DNA of 51,303 nt, from IMG/VR virus record IMGVR_UViG_3300038406_000089, positions 1 to 51,303 of that record. One strand, written 5' to 3'. Source of the DNA: a virus (taxonomy: Duplodnaviria > Caudoviricetes). The notes under the pieces are model-generated. The model was not told the origin of the DNA. It saw nothing but the letters and a program-made list of their open reading frames with translations, and searched no databases. Position numbers and translations under genes: made by a program. Numbering within the stretch: the first letter of the stretch is position 1; the number at the start of each line of letters is the position of its first letter. Of this stretch, positions 14,641 to 24,481 are shown one piece after another.

Positions 14641-16215
14641 ATGCTCAAGGAAACAAAACTCCCACCGGGTTGCGGAGCGGACCTGAACGAGCCGCTCCTG
14701 CACAATCCCTACCAGCAGGCATTTCAGGATGCGCGCCGGCAGCGGTTCTGTCTCAACTGTCGCACGATTGGCTCGATGGACATCAATAGCGTGTTCATCT
14801 GCCGACGTTGTCAGACTCGCCACTTCAGCAACCTGACCGCTCCGCGTCTCTTCGACCGCCTGCTTGTGCTTGCGGGTCGAGGCGGCGGCAAGACCCTCAT
14901 CGGTGCGCACGCTGCGCGCGAGGAGATGATGGTTCCTGACTCTATCGGGTGGGTCATGGGGCCGACGTACAAGATCCTCCACGACTCGACGTTCCCGACG
15001 CTCGTGCGGCGCATCCCGCCTGCGTGGGTGCAGCGGTGGGATCCCGAACACATGGAGATCCGCCTGACGAATGGCGCCCTCGTGGCCTTCCGTTCCCTCG
15101 AAGACCCCGAACGAGCGCGAGGCCCGCACGGTGTCTCCTGGGGCTGGTTCGATGAGGCTGCGCAGTCTCCCGAGCGCGCGTACGACGTGTTCGAGCCGAC
15201 GCTGATCAAAGCTGGCGGCATCGTGATCGCAACAACGACCGTGCTCGGCTACGACTGGACGTACGACAAGATCGAGAAGCGCGCCCAGGTCTACAAGGAG
15301 CCCGGCTACTGGGCGACCCGTTACTGGACGGAGGAGAATCCCCTGTTCAGGACGAGCCCGGTCATGGCGCGTCAGATCGAGCGTGCTCGCAAGACGATGT
15401 CTCCTGAGTTCTTCGCGCAGGAATACAGGGCCGAGCGCCGCAACGCAAGCGGGTTGATCTACAGCTACGAGCAGATCGAGAAGCAGACGCTGCTCGACGC
15501 CGAGGCGGTCAAGAAGTTCATCCCCGAGTGGCCGAACATCGATCCGTCGCGTCCTATCCTCATCGGGCTCGACTCCGGTGCGGACCATCCGTTCGGTGCC
15601 GTGCTGGTCGTCGTGACGCCGAAGGGGCTCGTAGTCGTCAAGGATTACCTGAAGCGCAATCAGGCGCTATCGCAGCATCTACCATCAGTGACGATGGACT
15701 TCGGTACGTCCAGATTCGTGGACGTTAAGTGGGCAGCGAACAAGAACGAGGCGAACCTGCGACTGGAGTGGGGTCTGAAGGGCGTTGGCATCATCCCTGC
15801 CGAGAACAAGCACGAGATCGGCATCCAGCGTGTGCAATCGTGGCTTCACAGCGGTCAGCTCTACTTCGCGTACACAGCAACCGCAACCATCGAGCAGATG
15901 CGCGCGTACCGCTACGCCGACAACCTGAAGTCTGACGGTCAGAAGCGTGTGAAGGAAGATGTCTTCAAGCTGAAGGACGAGCTTCCAGATGCACTACGCT
16001 ACGCGCTGATGGCGTGGCCGGCGCTCCCCGATGCTGATAGGCCGGCGATGACACCGCAGGAGGAACAGCGCTGGAACGCGCTCGATGATCGCAGCCGCGC
16101 TGATATCGAACGTCTGCGCGAGTTCAACAAGCGCAACACGGATCAGGATCTTCAGCCCGAGGAATCTGGCTTCCCCATCGGGAGCTTCTTCTCGCCGCTG
16201 TCTCAATCTTGGTAA
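14641..16215 (+). CDS. terL: Terminase large subunit
   Basis: Walker A AGRGGGKT, Walker B WFDEAA, motif III ATT, RNase H-like GLDSG and DELPDALRY. Confidence 0.92.
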   Translation: MLKETKLPPGCGADLNEPLLHNPYQQAFQDARRQRFCLNCRTIGSMDINSVFICRRCQTRHFSNLTAPRLFDRLLVLAGRGGGKTLIGAHAAREEMMVPDSIGWVMGPTYKILHDSTFPTLVRRIPPAWVQRWDPEHMEIRLTNGALVAFRSLEDPERARGPHGVSWGWFDEAAQSPERAYDVFEPTLIKAGGIVIATTTVLGYDWTYDKIEKRAQVYKEPGYWATRYWTEENPLFRTSPVMARQIERARKTMSPEFFAQEYRAERRNASGLIYSYEQIEKQTLLDAEAVKKFIPEWPNIDPSRPILIGLDSGADHPFGAVLVVVTPKGLVVVKDYLKRNQALSQHLPSVTMDFGTSRFVDVKWAANKNEANLRLEWGLKGVGIIPAENKHEIGIQRVQSWLHSGQLYFAYTATATIEQMRAYRYADNLKSDGQKRVKEDVFKLKDELPDALRYALMAWPALPDADRPAMTPQEEQRWNALDDRSRADIERLREFNKRNTDQDLQPEESGFPIGSFFSPLSQSW

Positions 16216-16227
16216 AGGAGAGGGAGT

Positions 16228-16554
16228 ATGTGGATCAGTCGTAAAACCTATGATGATTTGAGGTTGGATGCCGCGAAGTGCAACGCCGTGTGCACGGAGC
16301 AGGCGCGAACCATCGCGACACTACAGGCGACTCTCGATTGGTTCCGCGTGCGCATCACGCAGCTCGAAATCGAGCGAGCACAGCTTCTATTCAACTACAC
16401 TGGCGTGAAGGTGCCGACACCTGAGATCCAGCGAGCACCCGATCCCGGTCAGCAGCTCCATGCGCTCCCGCACTTCAACGACGTTGGCGACGACGAAGCC
16501 AAGCGTCTCGGTATCGGTTGGAACGATGACGGTACTGTCAGATACGGTAACTAA
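16228..16554 (+). CDS. Coiled-coil protein between terminase and portal
   Basis: GGAGAGGGAG RBS; 108 aa. Confidence 0.7.
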   Translation: MWISRKTYDDLRLDAAKCNAVCTEQARTIATLQATLDWFRVRITQLEIERAQLLFNYTGVKVPTPEIQRAPDPGQQLHALPHFNDVGDDEAKRLGIGWNDDGTVRYGN

Positions 16555-16556
16555 CT

Positions 16557-18965
16557 ATGCCTGACTTCAATCAGCTCTTCAAAGCATCTGAGCCCGCAAT
16601 CAAGACTCCACTCGCGAAGGAGACTGGAGACGCCGAAGGTATGGCGCTCGGGACGTACGACGACCAGGAGCTGCTCGATCTCTGGGAGCGACTGAAGCGG
16701 GAGTCCTTCGACTCGCGTTGGGTCTTCGAGCGTCAGTGGATGCGCAATATCTACTACATCCTCGGACGCCAGTGGATCGAGTATCACGCTCGTCACGGCG
16801 GGTGGAAGGACAAGCGCATGGCGGCGTGGATTCCGCGCCCCGTCACGAACAAGTGCAAGGAGACTGTGCAGGCGCTGCGTGCGGTCTTCACCGACATCCA
16901 TCTCGGCGTCAACGTGCGCCCGAACGGATCCGATCCGAAGAACGTCTCGGCGGCTGCTGTGGCTGACGAGCTGTCCAACGTGCTGCACGAGTCGCACAGC
17001 ATGGACTCGGTACTGAGCGAGTTCGACTTCTGGCTGCTCGCGACCGGCAATGCCTTCTTCCACACGTTCGTAGACTACGACATCAAGTACGGCACCATCC
17101 GAGACATGATGGAGCAGTGCGTGGCGTGTCAGGAGATCACGCCGTCGAGCAAGCTCGTAGGCGCCACCCCGGTATGCCCGTCGTGCGGAGCTAGCGAGTT
17201 CCAGCCTGCGCTCGATGACGAGGGTATGCCGATGGTCGATGAGAAGCCGGTGGGTCGTCCGAAGACGATTCCGCTGTCTCCGCTCGAACTGGCGTTCCCG
17301 AACTCGTATCCGCGCTTCGAGGAGCTTCCCTACGTCGTGCGCATGCGCTGGCGTACGAAGGCATACTTCGAGACGCATCCGAAGCTGAAGGAGCTGGTGC
17401 CGACAATCGTGTGGCAGAAGTCGCCGCAGGATCAGTCGCTCCAAATTTTCAAGTCGCTGGCGAATCACAACGATCTCGGTATCTCGCCCTCGTACTGGGC
17501 CGAGAGTGGCTCTCCGTCCCTGCAAGAAGACGGCATCACCGAGTACGAAGTGTGGATGAAGCCGAACGATGCGTACCCCGAGGGTCTGGTCTTCCGCGTC
17601 TACGGAGACTCGAAGCCCATAGTGGCGCATCTGGAGGATACCGAGGAGCTTCCTGGCCCACTCCCGTACAGGGACGCTGATGGCAAGCCGCTCTTCACGT
17701 TCACGCACGCCGGCTACGATCACGTTGGTGGTCGTATTCTCGCGTCCGGCCCCATCGACCAGATCGCGCAGAAGCAGGACCAGCTCAACCAGCTCGACTC
17801 CATGATTCTGCTCATCATTCAGCGCATGGCGAACCCCGTGTGGCTGGAGCCGAAGGGTGCGGAGATCGAGCGTCTCACGGGCGTTCCCGGTCTGGTGATC
17901 AAGTGGAACCCGCTGACGGTCGGTGGTCAGGCCAAGCCCGAGCGTATTCCTGGTGAAAACCCGCCAGCCTCGCTTTTCCAGATCCGCGAGCAGTATCTGC
18001 GCGATATCGAGGAGCTGGTTGGCACATACGATATCATCAAGGGTGCGAAACCGACAGGTATCGAAGCGTTCTCGGCGCTTCAGCTCCTGGTCGAGCGCTC
18101 GCAGTCGCGATTCTCGCCGATTTTCCAGGCTCGCGGCACTGCGTACAAGGACTGGTACAAGTTCGCCATCGAGTTGGAGCGCGAGTTCGGCCCCGAAGAG
18201 CGCACGAAGTCCGTTCTGTCGCCTTCGCGCACCTGGACGTTCCAACAGTTCAAGCGAACGCAGCTCCAGGGCTCGATTTCCATCATCGTGGAAGACGGCA
18301 GCACCGTGCCGAAGACGAATCTCGGTATGCGTGCGGCTATCGAGCACGCGAGTGGGCTCGGGATGTTGAATTTGCAAGATCCCGACCAGCAGTACGAAGG
18401 TCTGAAGATGTTCGGGCTCACGCGGCTCGTGCCATCGCTCGATATTCACGTTCAGCGAGCACTCCAGAAGCATCAGCAGTTCGAGGAGTGGCTGATGGAC
18501 GAGCAGCAGCTCGTGCAGTTCGTGCAGAACGCGGAGCAGGACCAGCTTGCATATCAGGAGCAGGCTCAGGTTGCACTGGCGCAGCCTCCACAGGTTGATC
18601 CTATGACCGGCATTGCTGCACCACCGCAGTTGCCGCCTGCGCCGTCGCCGCTCGAACACACGCCCCTGAAGTGGCGCCCGTGGTACAGCCCGCGCGTCCA
18701 CAAGCAGGAGTTCGAGAAGTGGGCAAACTCGGATCGCATGATCGAGCTGCTCGCAGCCAAGCCGTTTGCGGAAGGTCTACTGGAGGCACACTATGCGGAG
18801 ATCAATCTGGCACTCGCTGAGCAGGAAGGCATGGTCCCAGGTGAGAGCGGCGCTCCTGTTCCTCAAGGTCGAGGGATGGCGATGCGCAACAGCAATCGGG
18901 AGTCTACGCAGGGCGTAGAGCCGAAGGGACAGAGCCAGGGCAATCAGGGCGCTGGCCCGGTCTAG
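16557..18965 (+). CDS. Portal protein
   Basis: Position and size; YILGRQW, IAQKQDQLNQLDSMI...MANPVW, IEELVG, Gln/Pro-rich C-terminus. Confidence 0.88.
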   Translation: MPDFNQLFKASEPAIKTPLAKETGDAEGMALGTYDDQELLDLWERLKRESFDSRWVFERQWMRNIYYILGRQWIEYHARHGGWKDKRMAAWIPRPVTNKCKETVQALRAVFTDIHLGVNVRPNGSDPKNVSAAAVADELSNVLHESHSMDSVLSEFDFWLLATGNAFFHTFVDYDIKYGTIRDMMEQCVACQEITPSSKLVGATPVCPSCGASEFQPALDDEGMPMVDEKPVGRPKTIPLSPLELAFPNSYPRFEELPYVVRMRWRTKAYFETHPKLKELVPTIVWQKSPQDQSLQIFKSLANHNDLGISPSYWAESGSPSLQEDGITEYEVWMKPNDAYPEGLVFRVYGDSKPIVAHLEDTEELPGPLPYRDADGKPLFTFTHAGYDHVGGRILASGPIDQIAQKQDQLNQLDSMILLIIQRMANPVWLEPKGAEIERLTGVPGLVIKWNPLTVGGQAKPERIPGENPPASLFQIREQYLRDIEELVGTYDIIKGAKPTGIEAFSALQLLVERSQSRFSPIFQARGTAYKDWYKFAIELEREFGPEERTKSVLSPSRTWTFQQFKRTQLQGSISIIVEDGSTVPKTNLGMRAAIEHASGLGMLNLQDPDQQYEGLKMFGLTRLVPSLDIHVQRALQKHQQFEEWLMDEQQLVQFVQNAEQDQLAYQEQAQVALAQPPQVDPMTGIAAPPQLPPAPSPLEHTPLKWRPWYSPRVHKQEFEKWANSDRMIELLAAKPFAEGLLEAHYAEINLALAEQEGMVPGESGAPVPQGRGMAMRNSNRESTQGVEPKGQSQGNQGAGPV

Positions 18966-19018
18966 CAAGAACCATGCCAAGCGTGGTATAATCAGTCTCG
19001 TAAGCAAGTAGCTTGCCA
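18964..19018. promoter_or_regulatory. Extended -10 (TGGTATAAT, plus) between two minus-strand sigma-54 motifs
   Basis: TGGCATGGTTCTTGCT 18964-18979 and TGGCAAGCTACTTGCT 19003-19018 (minus); TGGTATAAT 18984-18992 (plus). Confidence 0.75.
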
Positions 19019-19053
19019 TCCCGGCCTCCATCCGGGTTACAAAGGAGTAAATC

Positions 19054-19887
19054 ATGGCAGCAGAGGGAACAGTTGACAACGGAGCCGTAGACACCACGAA
19101 GCCGGACACTACCACTACGGCGGTAGAGAAGCCCGGTGCAGTCGATCAGCGGAAGCCCGACACGACGAAGCAGGATACCAAACCTGAGCAAAAAACTGGG
19201 GATGATCGTCGCGATCAGGGCGTTCTCGCGGATCTCATCAAAGAGCGAAAAGCGCGTCAGGCGGCAGAAGCACTCGCAGCCAAGCATCAGACCGAACTCG
19301 AAGCCGAGCGGCGTCGGGTAGCGGCACTGGCTGGCGTCACTCCGCGCAGCAAAGACGAAATCGACGCCGAGGAAGTTCGACAGCAGTTCTCGCGCCTCTT
19401 TCCTGGGCTTGCCAAGCTGAACGATCAGCAGGTAATGGAAAAGTTGGAGAGGATTCTCTCCAACGCCGACACCCACGAAGACACGACGACTCGCTACTGG
19501 AACGACCGAGCGGCTCAGATGACGGGCGCTGTTGTGGAAGCAGTCTCCAAGGAGCTGGGAGGCGATCTCAGCGAGCGTCAGGTTCGGCGTATTCGTGCTG
19601 CGTACGCAAACGCAGCGGAGAGCGACCCCGAGTTCCTCCGCAGGCACGAAGAGGGCGACAAGACGCTCATCGCGGAGTTTGCGAAGGAGTGGATCGAGGA
19701 TTGGTTCGAGCCCGCTCGGCGTAAGGTGACATCAACCGAGGTTGACAGGCTGCGGCGCGTGCCCAGAGGAAATGACCGAACGGTCATCGCTGGCAAGCCG
19801 AAGCAGATCGACTTCAAGAACCCGAAGGCCGTTGAGGATGCGATGATCGAGTCTTATCGCGCTCACGGAGGCACGTTCGGGGAATAA
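19054..19887 (+). CDS. Capsid scaffolding protein
   Basis: Between portal and capsid; disordered N-terminus, KERKARQ coiled coil; AAGGAG RBS. Confidence 0.75.
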   Translation: MAAEGTVDNGAVDTTKPDTTTTAVEKPGAVDQRKPDTTKQDTKPEQKTGDDRRDQGVLADLIKERKARQAAEALAAKHQTELEAERRRVAALAGVTPRSKDEIDAEEVRQQFSRLFPGLAKLNDQQVMEKLERILSNADTHEDTTTRYWNDRAAQMTGAVVEAVSKELGGDLSERQVRRIRAAYANAAESDPEFLRRHEEGDKTLIAEFAKEWIEDWFEPARRKVTSTEVDRLRRVPRGNDRTVIAGKPKQIDFKNPKAVEDAMIESYRAHGGTFGE

Positions 19888-19899
19888 AGGCAGACACAC

Positions 19900-21192
19900 A
19901 TGGGCGCAGATACCACAGCTCTTTCCGGCCTTGCGAAAGACGTATTCGAGCAGGGCATTTCCGAGGGCGTCAACAACAGCTTCCCGCTGACCGAGGAGTT
20001 CCCGGTCGAGCAGGTTGACTGGAAGGGCGGGCTCGGGCATAAGTTCTCGCATCACCACGGGCGTAACGTCTCGCCGTTCTTCGCAGGCGAGGATTCAGCG
20101 TATCCGGTCGCCGGCCAGCAGCTCCACTCGCAGGGCCGTATCGACATGCGTAAGATGATGGCGCGTCTGCGGATGACCGAAGAGGCGATGGCCGATCTGG
20201 TCAGCTCCGAGGCGTCGTTCCGCAACGGCATGACCGACGAGAAGACGCGACTCGTGGACGACATCGCTCGTCGCGAGGAGCACGCGCTCGGCATGGACGG
20301 TCGCGGCGTTCTCGCGCTCGTTGACTCGGGCAGCTCTGGTACGACTATCGAGCTGGACGCTCCCGGCAACATTGCGGGCAACGACTTCGGCAACCGCTTC
20401 ATCGACGTGGGCATGTACATCGCGGCGGTCAACCCCGCCACGGGTGCGCTCCGCTCGAACGTCGAGAAGGTCACGGCTGTCAACAGCGACGGCTCGGACG
20501 TGACGGTCGAGGCCGATCCTTCGTGGACGGAGAACGACTACATCGTTCACGCCGCGAACACGTCGGTGACGGACATCCTCGATACGTCGTACGAGAAGGC
20601 GTACTGGGGTCTGCCGGCTCTGATCGATGACGGTACCAACCGCGACAACTACTACGGCATCCTGCGCTCGCAGGTCGAATCGCTGAAGTCGTACGTCGTG
20701 TCTTCGGTCGGCGCGCTCTCGCTCGACGTGGCGCAGCGGACCAGCGACGTGGTCTTCCAGAAGCTCGGCGGGATCATCAACGTGATCCTGATGCACCCGA
20801 GCGTTCGGCGCGAGTATATCAAGCTGCTCGACGCTGATCGGCGCTACACCAGTGGCGACCTTCAGAACCCGAACGGCGGAACCCGTGCGTTCACTCAGGG
20901 CGACCTGAGCATCGGCGAGGTTGCGATCAAGGCGCTGCGGTCAGTCGGACTGGCTCAGGTCTACTTCCTCGACACGAAGAAGTCGGGGTTCAAGCGTTAC
21001 GTTGCGGAGCCGGGCAAGTTTATGGACCGCGACGGAAGCGTCTGGGTGCGCGAGGGCAGCGGCACGACCGCTCGTCACGCGTACGAGGCGACCTACTTCT
21101 CGCGGAAGCAGTACTTCGCGAAGAATCCGGGGCTCAACGCGCGTTGGGATGGCGTGACCGGACAGACGCTCGTTGTCGTGCGTGACCTGTAA
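19900..21192 (+). CDS. Major capsid protein
   Basis: 430 aa, strong codon bias, GED...P...Q, DDIARREE...G.DG.G, GLPALI, ILMHP; followed by a strong hairpin. Confidence 0.85.
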   Translation: MGADTTALSGLAKDVFEQGISEGVNNSFPLTEEFPVEQVDWKGGLGHKFSHHHGRNVSPFFAGEDSAYPVAGQQLHSQGRIDMRKMMARLRMTEEAMADLVSSEASFRNGMTDEKTRLVDDIARREEHALGMDGRGVLALVDSGSSGTTIELDAPGNIAGNDFGNRFIDVGMYIAAVNPATGALRSNVEKVTAVNSDGSDVTVEADPSWTENDYIVHAANTSVTDILDTSYEKAYWGLPALIDDGTNRDNYYGILRSQVESLKSYVVSSVGALSLDVAQRTSDVVFQKLGGIINVILMHPSVRREYIKLLDADRRYTSGDLQNPNGGTRAFTQGDLSIGEVAIKALRSVGLAQVYFLDTKKSGFKRYVAEPGKFMDRDGSVWVREGSGTTARHAYEATYFSRKQYFAKNPGLNARWDGVTGQTLVVVRDL

Positions 21193-21200
21193 TAGTTAGC

Positions 21201-21230
21201 CACGGGGGTGGGAGCAATCTCACCCTCGTG
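21201..21230 (+). terminator. 13-bp GCAA-tetraloop hairpin after the capsid gene
   Basis: CACGGGGGTGGGA-GCAA-TCTCACCCTCGTG followed by CAATTTT; two G-U pairs favour the plus strand. Confidence 0.6.
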
Positions 21231-21250
21231 CAATTTTCAGGGGGAGAGGG

Positions 21251-21463
21251 ATGGGAACCACAGATCGCGTTCGGTGGTGTTCTGGTGGTTTTACCGAAGT
21301 CGGCGTCGATGGTAGTCTTCGTGGTTATGATTGCGAGCGCGAGGCAGACCACGAGGGACGGCACGAGAGTCGCCGCGCACAAGAGGCACTAGAGGAAGGG
21401 TTGATAGTTCGTAGTCCGGTCTACGTAACACCATACACACGTTACACGAGGGGGATTGAGTAA
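21251..21463 (+). CDS. Small Cys/His protein
   Basis: GGAGAGGG RBS; C...CEREADHEGRH. Confidence 0.5.
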   Translation: MGTTDRVRWCSGGFTEVGVDGSLRGYDCEREADHEGRHESRRAQEALEEGLIVRSPVYVTPYTRYTRGIE

Positions 21464-21464
21464 C

Positions 21465-21893
21465 ATGGGAATCTTTCACGAGCTGATCACTATCGTCAAC
21501 CGCGCGCCAGTTCCGCTGAGCGTATGCTTCGACGGACAGGCACAGACAATCCCGGTCGGGGAGAGCCCGCTGCCAAAGATCGTCGTAGCGTACGCGAAGA
21601 ACCAGAATCCTGTCATGGGCTCACACGATGCCGACAACCCGACGATCTCGGGTGGTCAGTATCTCGTCGGCGTGAAGGGCTCGAAGGACAATTGCACGCC
21701 GCTCACGAAGGAAGAGTGGGAAGAGCATCTGAATCGCCCGTGCCGTATCGATGAAGTGTCGTTCTTCGCTGATCGTCTTGGTCCGAAGGAGCACGTCGTT
21801 TCGCGCGGCAAGGGGCGTAAGACGCAGGCCAAGTCGAGCTTCGACGCTGGCGTGCGTGTGGCCACTAGCGAGCTGATCGAAGGCCGCGACTAA
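21465..21893 (+). CDS. Hypothetical late protein
   Basis: MGIFHELITIVNRAPVPLSVCFDG...; codon usage like the late genes. Confidence 0.7.
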   Translation: MGIFHELITIVNRAPVPLSVCFDGQAQTIPVGESPLPKIVVAYAKNQNPVMGSHDADNPTISGGQYLVGVKGSKDNCTPLTKEEWEEHLNRPCRIDEVSFFADRLGPKEHVVSRGKGRKTQAKSSFDAGVRVATSELIEGRD

Positions 21894-21894
21894 G

Positions 21895-22485
21895 ATGCGC
21901 GAGCCGAATCCGTGGATCGGGATCAACTACATTCCCGACAACCCGAAGATGGCAGAGCCGCCAGCATTCGTGCTGCAGCGGTTCTTCGACTTCGACGCCG
22001 ATCTGGTCATCCTGCCGAGCCGACACGTCCCGTTTGCGTATGTCATTGCGCGGCGCCGCCGACTCACAGCAGGGCTGACCGACAAGGCGCTCGAAGATAC
22101 GATCATCCAGCCCGACACGAAGATGTGCATGGCGAATGGGCTCGTTCCCGTCACGCTCATGTACCGCACGGGCTCGAACTGGAACATCGATCCGGTCATC
22201 GCCTCGCTGAAGTCCAGAGACATCTGGGAGCACGGTGGCGGCGACAAGTTCGCGGACAAGCTCGACGCTGCTGACGAGGCGCGCGAGAAGGCCACGAGGG
22301 CTCAGATCAAGGACGACATGTGGATGCGCTCAGGCGATGCTTGGCGGTCCTATCAAGCTCGAACCGGACAGCGAACAAAGTATCGCTACGGACACGAGAC
22401 GCGAACGGAGCGGCGTGAAACTCGAACGGCTCCCTCAACCTCTGGAAGCACGGCAGGATCGGGCATCGTTGTAGCGTACCGCTAA
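21895..22485 (+). CDS. Hypothetical late protein
   Basis: 196-aa ORF tiled in the operon. Confidence 0.7.
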   Translation: MREPNPWIGINYIPDNPKMAEPPAFVLQRFFDFDADLVILPSRHVPFAYVIARRRRLTAGLTDKALEDTIIQPDTKMCMANGLVPVTLMYRTGSNWNIDPVIASLKSRDIWEHGGGDKFADKLDAADEAREKATRAQIKDDMWMRSGDAWRSYQARTGQRTKYRYGHETRTERRETRTAPSTSGSTAGSGIVVAYR

Positions 22486-22518
22486 ACGGTGTGACTATCG
22501 GCTGGCGAGGTAACTCAC

Positions 22519-23004
22519 ATGGCTGTTTCTGTAGAGAATGCGAATCTGGTGTGGCAGAAGGTCAAGATCGCTCTGATGAACTCGAACCCGGCTGCGCAGG
22601 CGGCGTTCAAGGGTCTGAAGGAGTATCTGGCGCAGCAGAAGGGCAATCCCGACCTTCAGTTCATCCCGTTCGGTGACGCGAACGTCGTTGCAGCGACTGG
22701 TTACAGCCCGGTTGGCGCGGCTTGTACCGTCTACGGCGTCTGGTTCAAGAAGAACGGCACCGGAACTGGCACCGCGACCGACTCGTGGCTGACGCTCGCG
22801 AACGATACGTCGAATACGACGGACGCGACGAAGTTCGTGGCTCTGATGACTTCGATTGCGAATCAGGAAGTCTACGCCACGTACCCGAACGGTCTTGCGT
22901 TCGGCACGGACCTGACCATCTCGGGCGAGACTTCGGCCCAGGACGGTACGGAGTCCACTGCTGGCGACTCGGGCAGCGGCTTCGTCATCATCGGCGCGGC
23001 GTAA
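22519..23004 (+). CDS. Probable virion structural or decoration protein
   Basis: GAGG RBS; Thr/Gly/Ala-rich beta domain; capsid-like codon bias. Confidence 0.65.
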   Translation: MAVSVENANLVWQKVKIALMNSNPAAQAAFKGLKEYLAQQKGNPDLQFIPFGDANVVAATGYSPVGAACTVYGVWFKKNGTGTGTATDSWLTLANDTSNTTDATKFVALMTSIANQEVYATYPNGLAFGTDLTISGETSAQDGTESTAGDSGSGFVIIGAA

Positions 23005-23094
23005 TATCCAAATCCCGGCTTAGCGGGATCGTGAACCAAACCCGGAATGGCGGGGGACTAACGCTCCCCCGCATCTGCGGGAAAGGACGTTCTC

Positions 23095-23835
23095 ATGCCT
23101 GTTCGTGGTATCCTTCGTGACTCGGTGGTGCGCGGCTCCGCGTCTGCCAAGCACGCTCCCATCTACGTCGATTCTGACGACAACAAGCTCAAGTTCATTC
23201 CGGCCGGCACTGGCACGACCGAAGTCGAGCTACTCGACGGTACGACTGACCAGACGCTGACCGACAAGACGCTGACTGCGAACAACACACACACGGCGCA
23301 TACCGACAAGTTCCTCAACATCACGAACACTCAAAGCTCAACGAACGGCAGCACGAGCTACGAGCCCCTCCTGATGACGACGACGCTTTCGGGCGCTGGT
23401 CAGGTTGGCGGTCGCGCGAAGTTCCTGCTCGAAGTCTCGAACGTGGCTCTCGGCGGCTGGGCGAACGCGCTCAAGGCCGAGATCGACTTCAATACTTCGG
23501 GTAGCGTAACGGGTCTTGGCTCTGCATTCGTTGCTGAGATGACGCTGCCGGCTGCTACGCTCTCTGCTGGCACCTACGGCGTGATCGAAGCCGAGCTGAA
23601 CTGCCCGGCGTCGTGGGCTGGCACCGTTCCGGTGTCGTTCCTCTACCTGTCGGCTCAGGGCTCGACGGTGGATAACTTCCACGACAACGGCTACCTGATG
23701 GATATCGCTGGTCTTGGCTCGGCCACGTCTGGTGAAATCTTCCAGGCAAACACTGCTGCCGATGCTACGCATGCTCTGCGTATTCGTATCGACGGCGTGG
23801 CGTACTACATCATGCTCACGAATCAGGGCGCGTAA
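23095..23835 (+). CDS. Probable virion fibre or decoration protein
   Basis: DQTLTDKTLT fibre motif; LRIRIDGVAYYIML C-terminus. Confidence 0.65.
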   Translation: MPVRGILRDSVVRGSASAKHAPIYVDSDDNKLKFIPAGTGTTEVELLDGTTDQTLTDKTLTANNTHTAHTDKFLNITNTQSSTNGSTSYEPLLMTTTLSGAGQVGGRAKFLLEVSNVALGGWANALKAEIDFNTSGSVTGLGSAFVAEMTLPAATLSAGTYGVIEAELNCPASWAGTVPVSFLYLSAQGSTVDNFHDNGYLMDIAGLGSATSGEIFQANTAADATHALRIRIDGVAYYIMLTNQGA

Positions 23836-23888
23836 TCGTGATTGGGGAGTCGGGCGCAATCCCGACTCTCCAGTATTCTGGAGGGGAT

Positions 23889-24083
23889 ATGATTACCAAG
23901 GAACGTCTCGAAGCGCGACTCAAGGAACTCGGCGGCGAACTGACGAAGTGCGAGAACTACATCCGTCAGATGCAGGCAAAGGGCACTTCTATCGAGGGCG
24001 CCATCATCGTCGTCAGACAACTTCTTGCCGAGATCGACAGTCAGTCACCGGGCAATAGCGAACAAGCTGCTGAGGCCCAGTAA
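23889..24083 (+). CDS. Small coiled-coil protein (possible fibre chaperone)
   Basis: MITKERLEARLKEL...IEGAI; GGAGGGG RBS. Confidence 0.6.
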   Translation: MITKERLEARLKELGGELTKCENYIRQMQAKGTSIEGAIIVVRQLLAEIDSQSPGNSEQAAEAQ

Positions 24084-24097
24084 GATCGGATAACACA

Positions 24098-24481
24098 ATG
24101 CTTCTTTCAACCGCATCCGACTACCGCCACTTCTACCAGGATGTCAGTGGTGAGCTGAACGTCACGGCAACCACCGACGACACTGAGTTGGTGACGGTGC
24201 GTGATACCAAGCACACGCTGTTCATTCAGCGGATCATCTTCTACGTGACGACCGACGCCGCGCAGACGATGGGCTTTCAGGACGACAACACCACGCCGAA
24301 GAAGGTCGCTGAGATTCCGTCATCCCCTGGCGACGAGTCTCGGTGGGACTTCGACTACGGCGAAGAGGGCATTCCGCTCACCGAGGGCAAGAACTTCGAG
24401 ATGGCGGTCAGCGCTGTCGGGCTTGCTGGTCAGCTCAAGTGGTATGGCTACCAGAAGCTCACTGGCGTGGGAGCACCCTAA
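24098..24481 (+). CDS. Probable structural protein
   Basis: Beta-sandwich pattern; GIPLTEGK. Confidence 0.6.
   Translation: MLLSTASDYRHFYQDVSGELNVTATTDDTELVTVRDTKHTLFIQRIIFYVTTDAAQTMGFQDDNTTPKKVAEIPSSPGDESRWDFDYGEEGIPLTEGKNFEMAVSAVGLAGQLKWYGYQKLTGVGAP

Noticed and set aside
16551-18701. 716-aa minus-strand ORF, and similar long antisense ORFs (14539-15588, 27703-28821, 32277-33269)
   Set aside because: They are shadows of strongly codon-biased GC-rich genes on the opposite strand, with no RBS or motifs.
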